Positions 12,884 to 25,123 of a stretch of DNA of 64,000 bases are shown piece after piece; position 1 is the first letter of the stretch; each line of letters starts with the position of its first letter. The notes below the pieces were generated by a model that was not told where the DNA came from, did no database searches, and saw only the letters and a program-made list of their open reading frames with translations. The stretch is from Tubiluchus corallicola (Eukaryota > Animalia > Priapulida): assembly GCA_030141605.1 (NCBI GenBank), contig JAQGDQ010000241.1:186001-250000 (forward strand). Direction: 5' to 3'. The position numbers were made by a program, and so were the translations under genes.

Positions 12884-14401
12884 TGTCAGATCAAAATTAG
12901 CACCTGTACACAACTGGAGAGCTCAAAACGAAGGCAGTTTAACAAACAAAGGCTATTGTGAACATGTGGCTATTACAGTATTATAGATGCCAAGTGAGCC
13001 TTCGAGGAGGCTTATTTAGTGTCCTCGAAACTATGTTTTCACCTAAAAAGTCGATAACAAAGATACATAAGAATTGTTTTCAAGTCTATTAAACTTATAG
13101 TTTAAATGAGAACAAAAAACAGAAAGTGAACCATCAATTTCGGTCTGTCTTGTCAATAGATGCAACCTATGCTACTACTACTACTACTAATACGTACTGA
13201 TTACAGCGTTAAGAACGCCATCTACTAACCTTTTTACTAAAGTAACAGAAGCTTGTGTACCTTGAAATACAATCATCAATGCAGTACAAACCCTTGAGAC
13301 GTTGATTTGGGTTTGAAGATTTTCAATATTCTTATATTTTGTATTGTATGCGCGCAGTATTCAAATCATATTGATTCTAAAGCTGTTTTTACTCGGAAAG
13401 TAAAAAAGCCCAAAAATGCTGTTCCCAGTGTAAGAAAAATTAGCATTAATAATAACTCTATAAAATTTTCGCGTTCAGTTCGGTTTTCAAGCTATAACAA
13501 GTTAACAGTAAAATATTAAACTATTGCCTAAAAAGTGGCACTAGTATGGGTATAGAACACAAAATGATCTTTTGTACTCTAACGTTGTTTTCGTCCTTTA
13601 ATTTAATTAAAACAGCTGTAGTAAATATTAGCTTTGCAACGTTGCGGCCATGGCTTCTGAGTAGTCAAAGCTAGTTTTTTTGTAATTTGCTCTAGGTTTT
13701 GAAATTTATAACTGACCACTAATTGTTAATCTAGTACCATATCCTGTTATCTTCTGCTTGAACTTGTTTCTTATTATATCAGAAATATTGTAGTTCATAA
13801 CAGATTTATGTACTAAAACGGGTTTTCCGTTCGCAATAAGCTTATAGATTGGTAAGATTTTTGCCGCTTCTAGTGGGTCAGGTTGACTTCCCAGAATAAT
13901 CTTGCCGTAAGTCTCTGAAGGTGCAAGATATACTCTAAATCTTTTTTTTATTTCAAAAACAGTTTCCCAAAATGATATTACATTAGCTAATGTGCGGTTG
14001 TATTATTACATTATGAAGTTTCTTTGCAAGTGGTGCATCTATGTATGGGCACACTTTTTTCAAAATGGCAACCATTTGAGGTATTTTATCTCGCAATCAG
14101 TACAAATTGGTTATTTGTCCGCAAATACAATAACAAATGGTATCTTAATGTATCCAGACAATGTTATATTAAACATATACACATTGGCAAAATGTCACTG
14201 CATCCTATTCCTTAGGTTATATAATAATTAATGAATTGCAGATTTTCCTCTCACAGCATTTTCCATTGTTTCGTATATCTGTTCGAGTAAAAACTTAAAA
14301 TAAAAACTCAATGAAAATAAAATGATTTTGTTTGAACAGAATGCTTTAAATTTAATTTAATTTCGTGAGCGTTAGCAATCAACACTCCCGTAATTAACTA
14401 G

Positions 14402-14459
14402 TAATAATAATAATGATAATGATAATGATAACGATAACGATGATAACAACAGCAACAGC

Positions 14460-14508
<49 letters not shown>

Positions 14509-14541
14509 TTAATATTAATATAATATTAATATTAATATAAT
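14402..14541. repeat. Compound (AAT)/(GAT)/(AAC)n microsatellite just downstream of the protease stop codon
   Basis: Direct inspection. Confidence 0.9.
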
Positions 14542-14633
14542 AATGACATACATTATAAAAACAAGAGCAAACCATTTACATGAAAGAAATGGAAACCACA
14601 CAGATAACCCCACAAACAACTTTCTATAAAGAA

Positions 14634-17600
14634 TTAGTCATGGTAAATGCAAGGCACTATGATGTAGCTCCCTAAACCACACGCGTTCATTCCTCTCAAA
14701 ACGCGAATAAATCCCTGCTCTCCCCACGCGGTAGACCATCTGAAAAATAAAATTTCAATGTTATTGAAAAAATGTTAAAAAGTTTATCTAGAATCTTGCA
14801 AAACGTCAGGCGTCTTAAATCACCTAATGTATGTTATGTAATTATGTATAATGTTATGAATATATATTATCTTTTGATCTTATAATAACAAATATTGGTC
14901 AATGATGTACGTCTTCAGTTTGTCTTGCAAATAGAAGCAGTTATACAAAGCCGCTGCGTATTCATCATTTCCCAAAGACAAATAAAATTTTCCCCTTTGG
15001 AATGCCGAGCAACATTAGAAAAAACATTATGAGATCAACGGATGTCTGTATAATAATTGTGCTTTTGCCTTAGTGCTTGGAAGTATATGTGAAAAGCTAC
15101 AACTGGATGAGACAGTAGAAACAGTTATCACATTCTCTGGTGCAAATAAACCGAAATTAACAGTGCTGAGGGTGTTACATGCTGCATTCTGTCGGTAAAG
15201 CACACAAGCATTATCGCAAGGTGACATAACGCGCACTATTGGCTTCTAAAACCAAAGACAGTTCGAAAAAGTTTCACACAAGTCAAACAAAAAAGCAGTA
15301 TCACACGCACGTATTTTTGATCAGCCAGAATGGAATTCCGTCTTCCTCTCCTGCTCCAACTACCACTACAGCGTGATTTACAGCACACCCAGGATCACAC
15401 TCCAGAAGAATTCCTAAAAATTAAGAAGTGTGAAAAACTCAGGAATGACAACGACTAGCTGCAGCCATTACCGGATTGAGGCTAGAGCTTTATGGGCTGC
15501 AGCACATGGCCCTCCGCCAGCTGAGGGACCTCCAGAGATTAAGTGAAACTAATTTTCTGTGAGAACTTAATTAGTAGGCCTACACTAGTAACAATATGTT
15601 TTATGATATACGTTAATATACCAATAACTTATTTATTGTAATTTGTATGTACTGTATTTAGAAGTGGTAGAAGTTGAAAAAACTAATTTGAAGAACCTAA
15701 CATTCATGCTTTTGGAGGCCGGGCCTCACAATAACTGTAACCCAGGGACCTACAAAATGAAGATGCAGCTGCAGTGCCACTTAAAGCAACACAAAAACTT
15801 GCCAAGAAAGTTTTCAGGCAATCACTTTAATTATATTGCAGTTATTAAGCCACATACAATGTTCTGTTTTACGCTATAAATTGAAGTCATCCAAAGTCCA
15901 AGTCCCGTTAGCACGCAACTAGTGTTTTGGTCACCCCGCCGTGGATGCAGTTACGGTTTATCAGATCCACATATTACACACATGTTGAACAATAGTGACA
16001 GTGTATAACTATATCAAAGCCTTAAAAACATGTAAGTGGGTTGCTTAGGAAGTGGGTATACTTGTGTACTGTCTCAGGTCGAAACAGTTGCGTATTAGTT
16101 GTTCAAATATTAATTGATCCTTTGATACTGTAAGTTGTCGGTAATTTTTTTCATTTTGTTTACTATTGTGTAGTTGTACTTACGATACATGTATCATGAT
16201 GTATGTGCGTAATTGTAATGGTGTTTTTCTCTAATAAACAAATAAAGCCCAGTGTGTGACGAAAAGAAGAAAAATATGAAAAAATTAGATAGAGTGACAA
16301 AGAGTTAAGAACAACGTTGTGATGGAAGATATCAGATTAAACTGCGCATTAAAGTAAGTAATCAGAGAATGGTGAGTTTGTTGGGTGTTATAGAAAATCA
16401 AGCACAAGAGTTTGAGAGCATTATAGTTCATAGAGCATAGTTGTTTATGTTTCACCTTAAGAAACTTCAGCTTTTGATAAATATAATCACATTACAATGT
16501 ATGTAGGCCTAATTTCGTTATCAAAATTTTTTAAAAGCATTTTGCTTTGAAAAATTTCTACCTCCGCCATAGAAATACCAGTCTTCGTTGTGCGCGCATA
16601 CACCAGTAAGGACAGGTCCATAAGATAGGAATACCATTATCGTATCCTCGCCATCGCCATTTCTACGAGAAAAAGAGGAGGTTGGTTACCACATTTCAAA
16701 GAAAACATGGCGGATTTATGGCGGATTTCTGCCTTGTCAAAACTCCCTCGATTTTTTTCAAAATCAGTTTGGTAGCACCCGGCCTGATGCAGAAGCGAGG
16801 CATTGATATAATTGTTTTTATTAAAATATTCACTCGCTAAGTATAATTACAGGCTAAAAAGTTGCTGTATATATCTGAAACAACAGTACGCTCAATGTTA
16901 TGGAAAATACTGAATTGAACAAATGCAAAAACTTAGTAATAGGTTAGCATCTTTATTTTATGCACATCATTCCAAAAAAATGCCAAAAGGTCCGCGTTGT
17001 ATGGGGCCTCATGAAAAGTTAAGTGAGTGGCCTGCTCATGTGCAAAATTGAGCAAGGTTAAGCATTTACTGCAAGGTTAAGCAACGCAAATTATGTCTAG
17101 ATAGTAAACAGATTCTAGGCAGCCAGGAGAATCTGCATGTAGGCTATGTGTCATACTGTCTACAGTCAGTCTACATCCATTGCGGACGTAGATGCGTCCG
17201 AAAACGTCTAAGAAACCCTTACTATTTCAGCGCCTCATCTCAGATACTTAACGCTGACAATGAAGTTCTGGGCCCCACTACAACCGTCTACGTTTGAGCG
17301 CTGGCTCTTGATTGTATAAAAATGAAAGAGCCATGTTTGCATGTTTTACCGGTTGTCGTAGAAGAATGGCTCATCACAGCCGAGTGGAAGTTCTTGATTG
17401 TCCTGGATTGCTACATCGCAGGTGGAAACCGCTCCCTAGAAGAAGCGGTAAAATAGAAGTTTTTACATCTATATTATAAAAACTTGTATTATAAAAAGGT
17501 GAACAGGTGAACCTAAGGTAATACTTTATGTATTAAAAACAGATTTGTACTCAGGCTTGTACATACATTGAAAATTACAAAGTTTGACTAGAATTCATAA

Positions 17601-19766
17601 TAAAGCATCAGAGAAAAATTACTTCAGCAATTATAGTCTGTAAGCTAGCAGATTTCTGACTAATGTAATTACTAAAGTACTATTTTTGCCTAAGTTATAC
17701 GCAGAACTTTTTGGTCTCATTAATATATCTTTGCACTAATTGAAATAACTGTAATACCATTTTTATCATGGCTTAGTTGTGGATTACCAGACAGGACGGT
17801 TGATATTTTATCCTATGCATTGAGACAGCTGTGGTGGTATTAGATATAAATAAATCATAGAGAATTTTTGATGGAGTTGGCATCTGCTAGCAGTATACAA
17901 AGGTGAATCGAGCAGACAATGGCGAATATCTTCAGTATGATATCCACAGAAACAATTTTTACTAACAATGTTGCTATAAATGTTCTTACAACTGTGGCTA
18001 TGTAGATAATCACTGGGTTTGCTAAAAACCAAGTGCATATCTGGCATGATGAATTGCTTTAGGAGTACCTGTATTTCCACAATGAAAAAATTTCGGTCTA
18101 TTAGGAATTCACTCAAATAGAAATTTTGTATGAGTTAACTAGTGCGCGAACTTCAAATCTGTAGACACCGCTGTATTGCTTTTATTATACCTGGCTTACT
18201 TTAAGTTTATGTTTTTACAGTTAAACGTTGCATCTTTCATGTGAACTGCCTATACTATCCGTTCGCATGATGTATCAGCTCGACAATGGCCTATAGCTTA
18301 TAGCTAAATTGTTAGTACTGTAATTAGTTTTCCATAAATGTGTCGCTAACATTAATTTCTATCTTAGAAGTTTTTGGTTTCGCAAAAAACGCAAGTATTA
18401 CAAATACAGTGTTTTTGTAAACCGGCTTACAACAAATTAAATATGCAGACGTTTGGGTTTAAAAAATTATTGCAAATACACTTATACAACAACTAGCCAA
18501 GCAGGGTGCTTTTATTTCCCGTGACAGGCCTAAGTAACGAGTTTTAGTAAAAGATAACAGCTTGTCATGCAGTCTCTTAATTGGTCGTACGCATCTCTTT
18601 GTCGCTTGCGTGACCTGTTGTCCGTCTGTTCATCCGCCTCGGATCCAGCGTTTAACCTTTCGTTTGTTTTAGACTTACGTCTTTTACTTTTAACTTTTTT
18701 GTTAATTGTGCAGGCGCTATCAAATTGGTCACTGTTCACATTGTGATCTGTTTGCAACCTTTTCTACATTTGTGTATATACTGTTCGTTTAAAACGTACA
18801 TGTGCCCTTTATTTTGCGTTTAGTATAAAAGCTATTTTGCATTTACTGCTGGAATGCGCCAATTAGTTTCCATTCTGTATTTGCCTTTGTAAGAGACATC
18901 TTATATCTTTTCCTGTCGAACGGTTTTATCAAATCTTGCAAAATTGCGTTAGTCAAAAATGACCGCACGCTTCTCATTATACTTTATTAATAACTATATT
19001 TCTTACACAAACGAATGACTGACGCTGCAATTACAACATTACGTACAGAAATGCAAAGATGATCAGAAGTGTCTTAGCATTTTTTAATTTAAACTAGCAA
19101 TGGGTATCGAACCTTGTATGGATACATCTCAGCACTAGCCATGTTTCTCAGGTAGTAATAAGCAAAAATCAGACCATGCCAGACTGATCCACCGGAACAA
19201 CCGAAACAATAAAAATATTCTGCTGGCGCACAGTCGACCACTTGCTGCACAGCTCGTGGACTGAGCTTTACTCCAGCTAAACATGAGTGCTGTTCTATCA
19301 TGTCAACCTAAAATTTGTTTAAACATTATTTTAAAAAAATTGATTGACGCTTGGTCAGCAAGTGCGCGTTCCGATAATTACGATATTGCAGTTAAAACTG
19401 TAATAAGTAAAACTGAGCGAATAGTGAACGTTCTTGATGGTGATGGTGGTAGTGATAATAAAAACAATGACGGCTATGACAACAAATATGTCTACGACGA
19501 CAACAATAGTGACAATAGCAATAAGGTAACAATGTTCCGTAATGATAACAATGAAAACGTCCAAACCAATAACAGCAGGAGTTGTCGCAAATACGAGAAC
19601 AGTAATAGCAGCGACACAACGATGACGACGTTAAATTGTTTCATTTGGGTTGCAGTCAAAGAATGTCTAAAAGCCATACAGACAAAAAGCAAAAAACTTA
19701 TACTAATGGCAATGTATATATATGTGTGCGTGTGTGTGTGTGTGTGTGCGTGCGTGCGTGTGTGTG

Positions 19767-19798
<32 letters not shown>

Positions 19799-19807
19799 TG
19801 TGTGTGT

Positions 19808-19853
<46 letters not shown>

Positions 19854-22800
19854 AGATGTATCTACACATTGTGCCACTGTAGTTTATTGTCTTTACTCTC
19901 AAATAATGTAGTTAGTAAGGCCTAGTTAGTAAATGGATGGGTGCATTTGAGCATCTCTCACCGTGCACTTGATTTTTTCTGTCATTGAGCAACCAGCGTA
20001 AAGGGCCAATATTTTAGATCTAAAATATTATTTAATAGGGCCTAAAGTTCTCATATATTAATAATGCAAAATTAGAAGGGAGTTGGAAAACAAAATTTGA
20101 GTAATAGGCAGCGATGGTTATTAAAGCAAATTACGTGTGGAATTCAGTGACCTTGATGAAATGTTCAAAGTCAATGATTTTAACACCTACTAAACGGCAA
20201 ATCAGCAAGTTGCCGAAAATGACATGATAGAAAAAATGGAATACTACTTCAGTGAATCCAATACTTTGCGTTTGCACTCAAACATTTTTCAACCTTTTCC
20301 TTAACGCCTTGCAGATTATGCAAACATGGACACATATATTTAATATATCACTTACGAGAGTCATTGCATAGCAACATCCACAGCTTCCCTGAAATTAAAA
20401 ATTTTAGTCCTTAGCGTAAATCAAATTAAACCAATAATTTAACTACCTAAAACGTGGCTTATTAGTTTCTTAAGATTAGTGGATATTTTCAATGGTTCCC
20501 AAACGTCAAAAAATGGAACAATTTGAGCGAACTTCTCATAGTTTTACTCTAGACATTCGTAGGGCAGAACAATCACATATCAACCAATTTTTTGCTAGGT
20601 TTGTTAATTTTGAGAAAATATTTCCCGAAATATTGAATATTACAGTAACTTCAATTGAATCTTTATATATTATTACAGTAAATTCATAATAATTACTGTA
20701 TATTCACCCCTGCTAATACATATCATGTAATTTTGTAGAAAGTAGAATATAATTACTGTTACCCTCACTGTGGACCATGAAATAGAGTTCACTTCGTTGA
20801 AATTTACAATCTACCTTAAGTCCATTTCATACCAAGGACGCACAGCCAGCTGCATCGAAGAGAAATTCCTTGCGGCATTCCTCACGAAAATGGAACACAT
20901 TGTCTTTTACGGCGCACGTCACAGTGAGGACGCGAGGCGAAATTCTTCGTGAGGATTTCTGTTGCCAGCTAAAAGCTATGCGTCCTCCTGGCGAGGAAAA
21001 TTGCCGCATGGTAGGAATACTGCAGATTTCATTTTCGTGAGGAATCCTCGCGGAATTCAGATTAAAATTTAACTGCTCAATTACTTCTGTCTTGTTTAGC
21101 GAACAACACTTAACATATTTCATCATAAAATTTTAAGATTTAATCTCGATTTTAACAGACAGACGATTTTATGTTTTATTCGTCGAACAGCCACGGCTAC
21201 ATTAGTGAAAAGGAAAAATTACGGTGCTGTCTTGCTTGGTCAATTGGGTCCGTCCAATAACGACTTTAATTAATACTATCGTAATAATGGTAAGCACTTT
21301 GTCGTCTTCGTGTCCATGTTGACGAGTAATGGCTACAAGCCTGCAACTGGCAAAGTATCTGCAGCTAACTGAACGCGTGGAAAAAAAACAGAATAGTTTC
21401 ACTGTAAAATGAACTTTCTTGCTGCATAGGATTTCGTAAAAATCGGAAATTTTCTGATTTTCGAATCGAACAGCAATTCCATGCGTCATTTTTCCTTGCG
21501 TCCTCACTGTGAAATGGGTCTTAGGTGCAACACGCACACACACCTGTATTGTACACCCCTCTGGGGAGCAAATTTATACCTGATTTTTCACTGGTGTAAT
21601 GCAATTCAAATCCCATGGTACGTTGTACAGTACCGCTTCTCGTTTTTGTATGTCACCTTCCAGTGTCTTCTTTACGTTTCCAAACCCTTTGGGCAACCTT
21701 GGGAATTCTGTACCCTGCACTTCTAGGCCCAGTTTTGTTTCTTTCAGCTCGCTCATATCCTGACAAATAATCTTAAATTAAGTTCAGTTATCCAAAAGCG
21801 AAAAAAAGTATTGCAACGAGTTTCAAAACAACTGGCTTAACTTCATTAAGCAAACTGCTTATAAGCCACTAGAGTGAACCAGACTTCTAGATTCTACAAA
21901 TAATTATAAGATTAAACCCAAAAAAGAAAAACGTGTTGTAGCAAGTAATGAAGTAGATGGAGAAAGTAAAATGTTGATGAACTTACTCATGTAAGAAATG
22001 TCTTACCAAAAAATCATAAGTTTAAATCTAAAAAAGAAAAATGTGTAATGTACAAGGTGGAGAACTATTCAGGTGCCTGCCAACATTGAGTTTCTAGAAA
22101 ACCTTGAAGATAGTTGGTTTTACCTTTGAAATATGTGTTAGAATGATTTAACTGAATAACCCAAATTGTCAGGGTGCAGTTATTGTGTATTAGTGGTTAT
22201 CAATAGAACTGATACAGTAATTGATTGGTGTTTCTATTTGCTTGTGTTATTTTAAATGTTTTGGTTTTGTAATATGTAACTGCATTACGCAAAATGTTAA
22301 ATATGAAATATTGCAACGAGTTTTGAAATACTGTAGTTGGATTAAACAGTTGAAAAAAGTACTGTGTCTCTGTGAATTAAACTCCATTTAACGTAATGAG
22401 ATGTCATATGTGGTGAATACTCAGGTTTGTTGTTTACATTACACTTGTTTAATTTTTTCTTAATCTAACACCATTTTATGCAGTAACTAAGGTCCCAAAT
22501 TTTCCGCGATCGCGGAAAACGGATAGAATTCACGGAAATGAGCAACAGAAACGGAAATAGCTACGAAAACCGGAATTGGCCTGGTTTCCGACTTTCTGTA
22601 AATTGTTTTTAATTTAATTTAATTTAATTTATTTCATATAGACAATAAATAAAAACAAGTGCTTACCTAAAAAATCATGAAATCGAGGTGGAGATTACCT
22701 GCTTATAAGCGCCCTAGAGAATTTATTGCGTACCAGAGACTGAATTTACTTCACTTGATGCTTTACGACAAGTTCTTTAGCCTTTCACACTGTAACTAAC

Positions 22801-24071
22801 TGCATTAGCAAAACATAATTATAGGAGTTACGAAAAACTGAATGTAGTTTCATACCTCGTCAGCCATGAAATTCACAGCCAGAAAATACGTCCTTTTTCC
22901 AATTTTAAAATCGGTATTCTTCTTCTTAATGAATGCTGTTCTCTCTGCGAAGATTTTTCTCCTTCGTGTTTCTTCTTCGGTGTTTCTAAATTTTCTTCCT
23001 GCAAGTTACAAGCATTAAGGAATTTAATATAGCAAAAGAAAATATATACGAAATAAGCTGCAAAAAACTTTTCAACTACATAAGCTTTAGGTATAGGCAG
23101 TTGTTATTATTTATAATCTAATATAATGAGATTATTATTTACGGTAGTACAAGCCCTTACAGCTAGCTGAAATTTGAAACCAAACTTGAAAACAGGAAAT
23201 GTAAAAACATTGGAAGACGGACGCCATAAGCACTAAGCAGCGGTGAATGTTCGCTGCAAAACGGTAGTCTAGCGATTACGATGTTCGCCTCCATGTTCGA
23301 ATCCAGGTTGTTCGCATTTCCTAATTTAAAGTTAAATTTCAAAATTTAATTGTGTAGGTCATTTGTTTAAGTAACTAACCCACCCTTTTTCTTTGCGAAA
23401 TCGTCATACGCTTCAAAATCGCTTTGGGGTCTATTCTTTTTAAGTTTTTTGATGAATCCCGCGGGATCTTTGACTCGTTCTCGTCGACTTTTGCCCAAAT
23501 TGAGCAGCATCGTCTTCGATACAGTTTCAGTCGGCTCATCTTCGGATTCATACTCCGTAATGTTGAATTCAGACCCTAGGGGCAGAGAAGCGGCCTTCGG
23601 CGGAGCTCCTGTTTCTACTGATGGTGGGAAGGTAAATTCAGTCTTCTTCTGTCGTCGTGGCCGTTCTTTGGATGTGGTCGCTGGTTCTGGTATTGTTGGC
23701 AATGTCGCTTTAGGCGTGTTTTGAGAGTAAGGAAGAGATCGTGTAACTTGTGGAACAAATGTAACTGTTGGTGTCTCAGATTTAGAAGTAGTTGTAGGTC
23801 CTAGAATATCTGTCATGGACGAGACAGTGGTCATCTCGGTTGCCGAGTCAGTTTTTTCTATAGCAGCTAGTGCTTCTTCGTTCGCTGACATCAGAACAGC
23901 GCCCGCTAGATCAACCGCGTCAGAATTAGTATCTGACATATCAGTCACAAGGTCAGTCATGTATTCATCGTCACCACATTTTTCGTCTTCTTTTGTAGCT
24001 GCTATAGTGATCAGTCGGAACAATGAAAATAAAAACAAGCTTAATAACACCGTATAGTACCAAATCCTCAT
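14634..24071 (-). CDS. Papain-family (C1A) cathepsin L/O-like cysteine protease with signal peptide, long N-terminal extension and I29 prodomain, ~544 aa
   Basis: Nine phase-consistent GT-AG exons: 24071-23384, 22998-22856, 21759-21580, 20388-20356, 19307-19113, 17435-17350, 16662-16562, 15413-15311, 14739-14634 (1635 nt). Motifs: signal [18 protein letters not shown]; ERFNIN-like [20 protein letters not shown]; AVNFMAD; [13 protein letters not shown] (Gln/Cys); VQQVVDC; GCSGG; YPYKG; YGPV; VNHAVVVVG (His); [17 protein letters not shown] (Asn); NACGL. Confidence 0.93.
19723..19850. repeat. (GT)/(GCGT)n microsatellite
   Basis: Direct inspection; lies in a protease intron. Confidence 0.95.
20920..21511. 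mobile_element. Putative non-autonomous DNA transposon (MITE) with CACAGTGAGGACGC termini
   Basis: 14-bp perfect inverted repeat cacagtgaggacgc (20920) / gcgtcctcactgtg (ends 21511). No clear TSD. Confidence 0.5.
23256..23316 (+). mobile_element. tRNA-derived SINE head / tRNA pseudogene fragment
   Basis: ggtagtctagcg A-box-like and gttcgaatcc B-box. It is too short and has no anticodon arm, so it is not a functional tRNA. Confidence 0.45.
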
Positions 24072-25009
24072 TTCTGAAATACTAAGACTTAATTTGTTGA
24101 TATCCTCAGTAAAAGCAATAATAGAGAAGCAGAGAAGTAATATTAATACGTAGCTGTTTCTTATTAAAATCAGGGGCAACAGCTTGCAACACCGCAGAAT
24201 ACTCTGTGAAGGCATTCTGCGCTTAATGAATATTAACGCCGAAAAGCAGAACGTATGACCTTAACTGTCAACCACGAAAATTTTTAATTTGTAGGTCTAT
24301 TCGCGTGCCGGTTGCAACTTGAAATTTTAGTAAAATTCTGTACTGGGTAAATACTTTTGCATATGTATAATAGGCTACTCAGTACTACATGTAGTCTACC
24401 CTAACAGGATTTCGTGCTGTACGACTAAATCAGTTATTAGGATTTTAGCGTGCCTATATTGGTCTGAGATTATTCATGCTCAGTTATTTACTCATCAAAT
24501 TTTGAGACAAATTTTGCGAATCAATCTTTACGAAATTGTACAGACGCTCTTGCAACGGATTTTCATTAAACACCGGGGTACCAGTTTAAATATTTTCCCA
24601 TTCAGTATTCCTCCGGTAATTCAAACCCAGTTTTAAGTTTTTCGGAGGCATATCTAAACTTGGTTGAAAATTTTTTCAGAGGGATCTCAATAGTAGATTC
24701 GAAGAACGTCATCAGGTTCAAAGTACCACCTCCAAAAGTATTTAACCAAAATTATTTGAAAATCTGTGCAAAAACATGCTCTTTATATTTATTAATGTCA
24801 CTGATTTTAAGAACATTGAATGTAATGTTGGTATGTTTGTGGCTGCAAAGAGTGTAGAATTACAACGCGTAACCCTTCGTTGTATATTACTAAGATGGGT
24901 TGGCAATCTGCTGCTTTTTACGTCTTTGATTTTTTACCACACTACTGTAGTTGTGGAGCACGCTTTCATATGTAAGGCGCACGATCACAGATTAAAATAA
25001 AAAGGAAAT

Positions 25010-25036
25010 ACACACACACGCACGCACGCATGCACG

Positions 25037-25121
<85 letters not shown>
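25010..25121. repeat. (CA)n(GA)n compound microsatellite
   Basis: Direct inspection. Confidence 0.95.

Positions 25122-25123
<2 letters not shown>

Noticed and set aside
17900-18050. Possible Helitron Rep remnant (DNGEYLQY...YVDNHWV)
   Set aside because: Only a short motif resemblance, interrupted by stops.
19283-19925. Several ORFs rich in N/D, CV and HT repeats
   Set aside because: Degenerate trinucleotide and (GT)n microsatellites in a protease intron; only 19307-19113 is exonic.
22840-22865. Hammerhead-like CTGACGAG...GAAAC on the minus strand
   Set aside because: Coincides with a coding exon/donor junction and lacks stems I-III.
23256-23316. Functional tRNA gene
   Set aside because: Has A/B boxes but no complete cloverleaf; treated as a SINE or pseudogene fragment.
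24072-24215. Upstream in-frame extension of the protease ORF (MPSQSILRCC...)
   Set aside because: A good acceptor (tatttcag) lies just before the ATG at 24071 and the signal peptide starts there, so the extension is probably intronic.
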